From: a bacterium
GTDB lineage: Bacteria; Bdellovibrionota_C; UBA2361; CALJRW01
Assembly (NCBI GenBank): GCA_031385045.1
Contig: JANNBC010000052.1
Coordinates: forward strand, 117,359-181,358
Length of the DNA stretch: 64,000 nt
Direction: 5' to 3'
Each line of letters starts with the position of its first letter. The first letter of the stretch is position 1. Below, piece after piece: positions 63,350 through 64,000 of this stretch. A program made the translations under genes and the position numbers. The notes beneath the pieces are model-generated. The model was not told where the DNA came from. It searched no databases and was given only the letters and a program-made list of their open reading frames with translations.

Positions 63350-63354
63350 ATTTG

Positions 63355-63363
63355 TGCTATACT
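63355..63363 (+). promoter_or_regulatory. Extended -10 element (TGcTATACT) upstream of the ncRNA array
   Basis: TGnTATAAT-like match just after a terminator and about 50 nt before unit 1. Confidence 0.5.
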
Positions 63364-63412
63364 AATTAATCAATGAATAAAAAACTTAAATCATTCATCT
63401 AAGTTTATTATT

Positions 63413-64000
63413 GGGGGTGTCCATTCTGCGTCGCTAAAGCTATGCAGAATGAAGGTTTCGACTGGATTCAGAGATTAAGCCTGCCTCGAGTTTAAAGTGG
63501 CGATAAATTTAATTGTCAGTCTTCGACTGCCAATTAAATTTAAATCCAACTAGTGCTAATTAAGATTTTAGCTTTGCAAAGATTGCGCCGGCTGGCTCAG
63601 TCTTCAAATCGTTAAGATTTAGAATGTGCTAGCAATATTTAAGTTATTAACATCGGGGGTGTCCAGGTTTCGACTGGATTTGAAGACTTTAATCATGCCT
63701 CGAGCATAAAGTGGTGATAAATTTAGTAGTAAGTCCATGACTTCCTACTAAATTTAAACCCAACCTAGTTCTAATCACGATTTTTACTGTGCTGACATCG
63801 ATCGGGCAGGATAAAATCTCTGAATCGTTAAGATTCTGATTCTTACTAGCAAAGTTTAAGTTATTAACATCGGGGGTGTCCAGGTTTCGACTGGATTCAG
63901 AGATTAAGCCTGCCTCGAGTTTAAAGTGGCGATAAATTTAATTGTCAGTCTTCGACTGCCAATTAAATTTAAATCCAACTAGTGCTAATTAAGATTTTAG
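63413..64000 (+). ncRNA. Tandem array of ~217-nt structured RNA units with tmRNA-like 5' ends (A 63413, B 63655, A 63872; truncated by the window)
   Basis: Each unit starts GGGGGTGTCCA..GGTTTCGACTGGATT...TGCCTCGAG. Units share a covarying 39-nt hairpin, and the two junctions share an identical 43 nt. No long ORF. Confidence 0.75.

Noticed and set aside
63413..63870. A single canonical tmRNA (ssrA) gene
   Set aside because: There is no 3' acceptor strand complementary to GGGGGTG, no CCA and no clean tag ending in AA-stop, and the 5' motif recurs every ~217 nt. A complete copy beyond the window edge cannot be excluded.
63413..64000. CRISPR array
   Set aside because: The period is about 217 nt, the 'spacers' are homologous to one another and structured, and there are no cas genes in the window.

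Overview
AT-rich bacterial chromosomal segment. The gene content suggests a deltaproteobacterium/Bdellovibrionota-like organism, but that is inference only. Most of it is housekeeping: lpdA, lipB, an E2 acyltransferase, rsmD, gpmI, hppA, an Aas-like fusion, groESL, prfA, prmC, fabF, hisS, nth, smpB and tRNA-Arg(UCU). It also carries the tail of a surface-glycan cluster, a DxDD terpene-cyclase-like gene paired with a UbiA prenyltransferase, a partial Tad pilus locus, two toxin-antitoxin pairs (HigBA-like and AbiE) with visible operators, and a family of short REP-like hairpins. The most striking element is non-coding and runs off the right edge (63413-64000). It is a tandem A-B-A array of ~217-nt structured units, each starting with a tmRNA-like 5' end. 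The units share a hairpin with compensatory changes, and a 12-nt helix strand at each unit's 3' end is complementary to the 5' strand of the NEXT unit rather than its own. No tmRNA acceptor 3' end/CCA is visible. The array lies about 6.4 kb downstream of an AbiE-smpB operon. All family calls come from motif recognition by eye; no searches were run.
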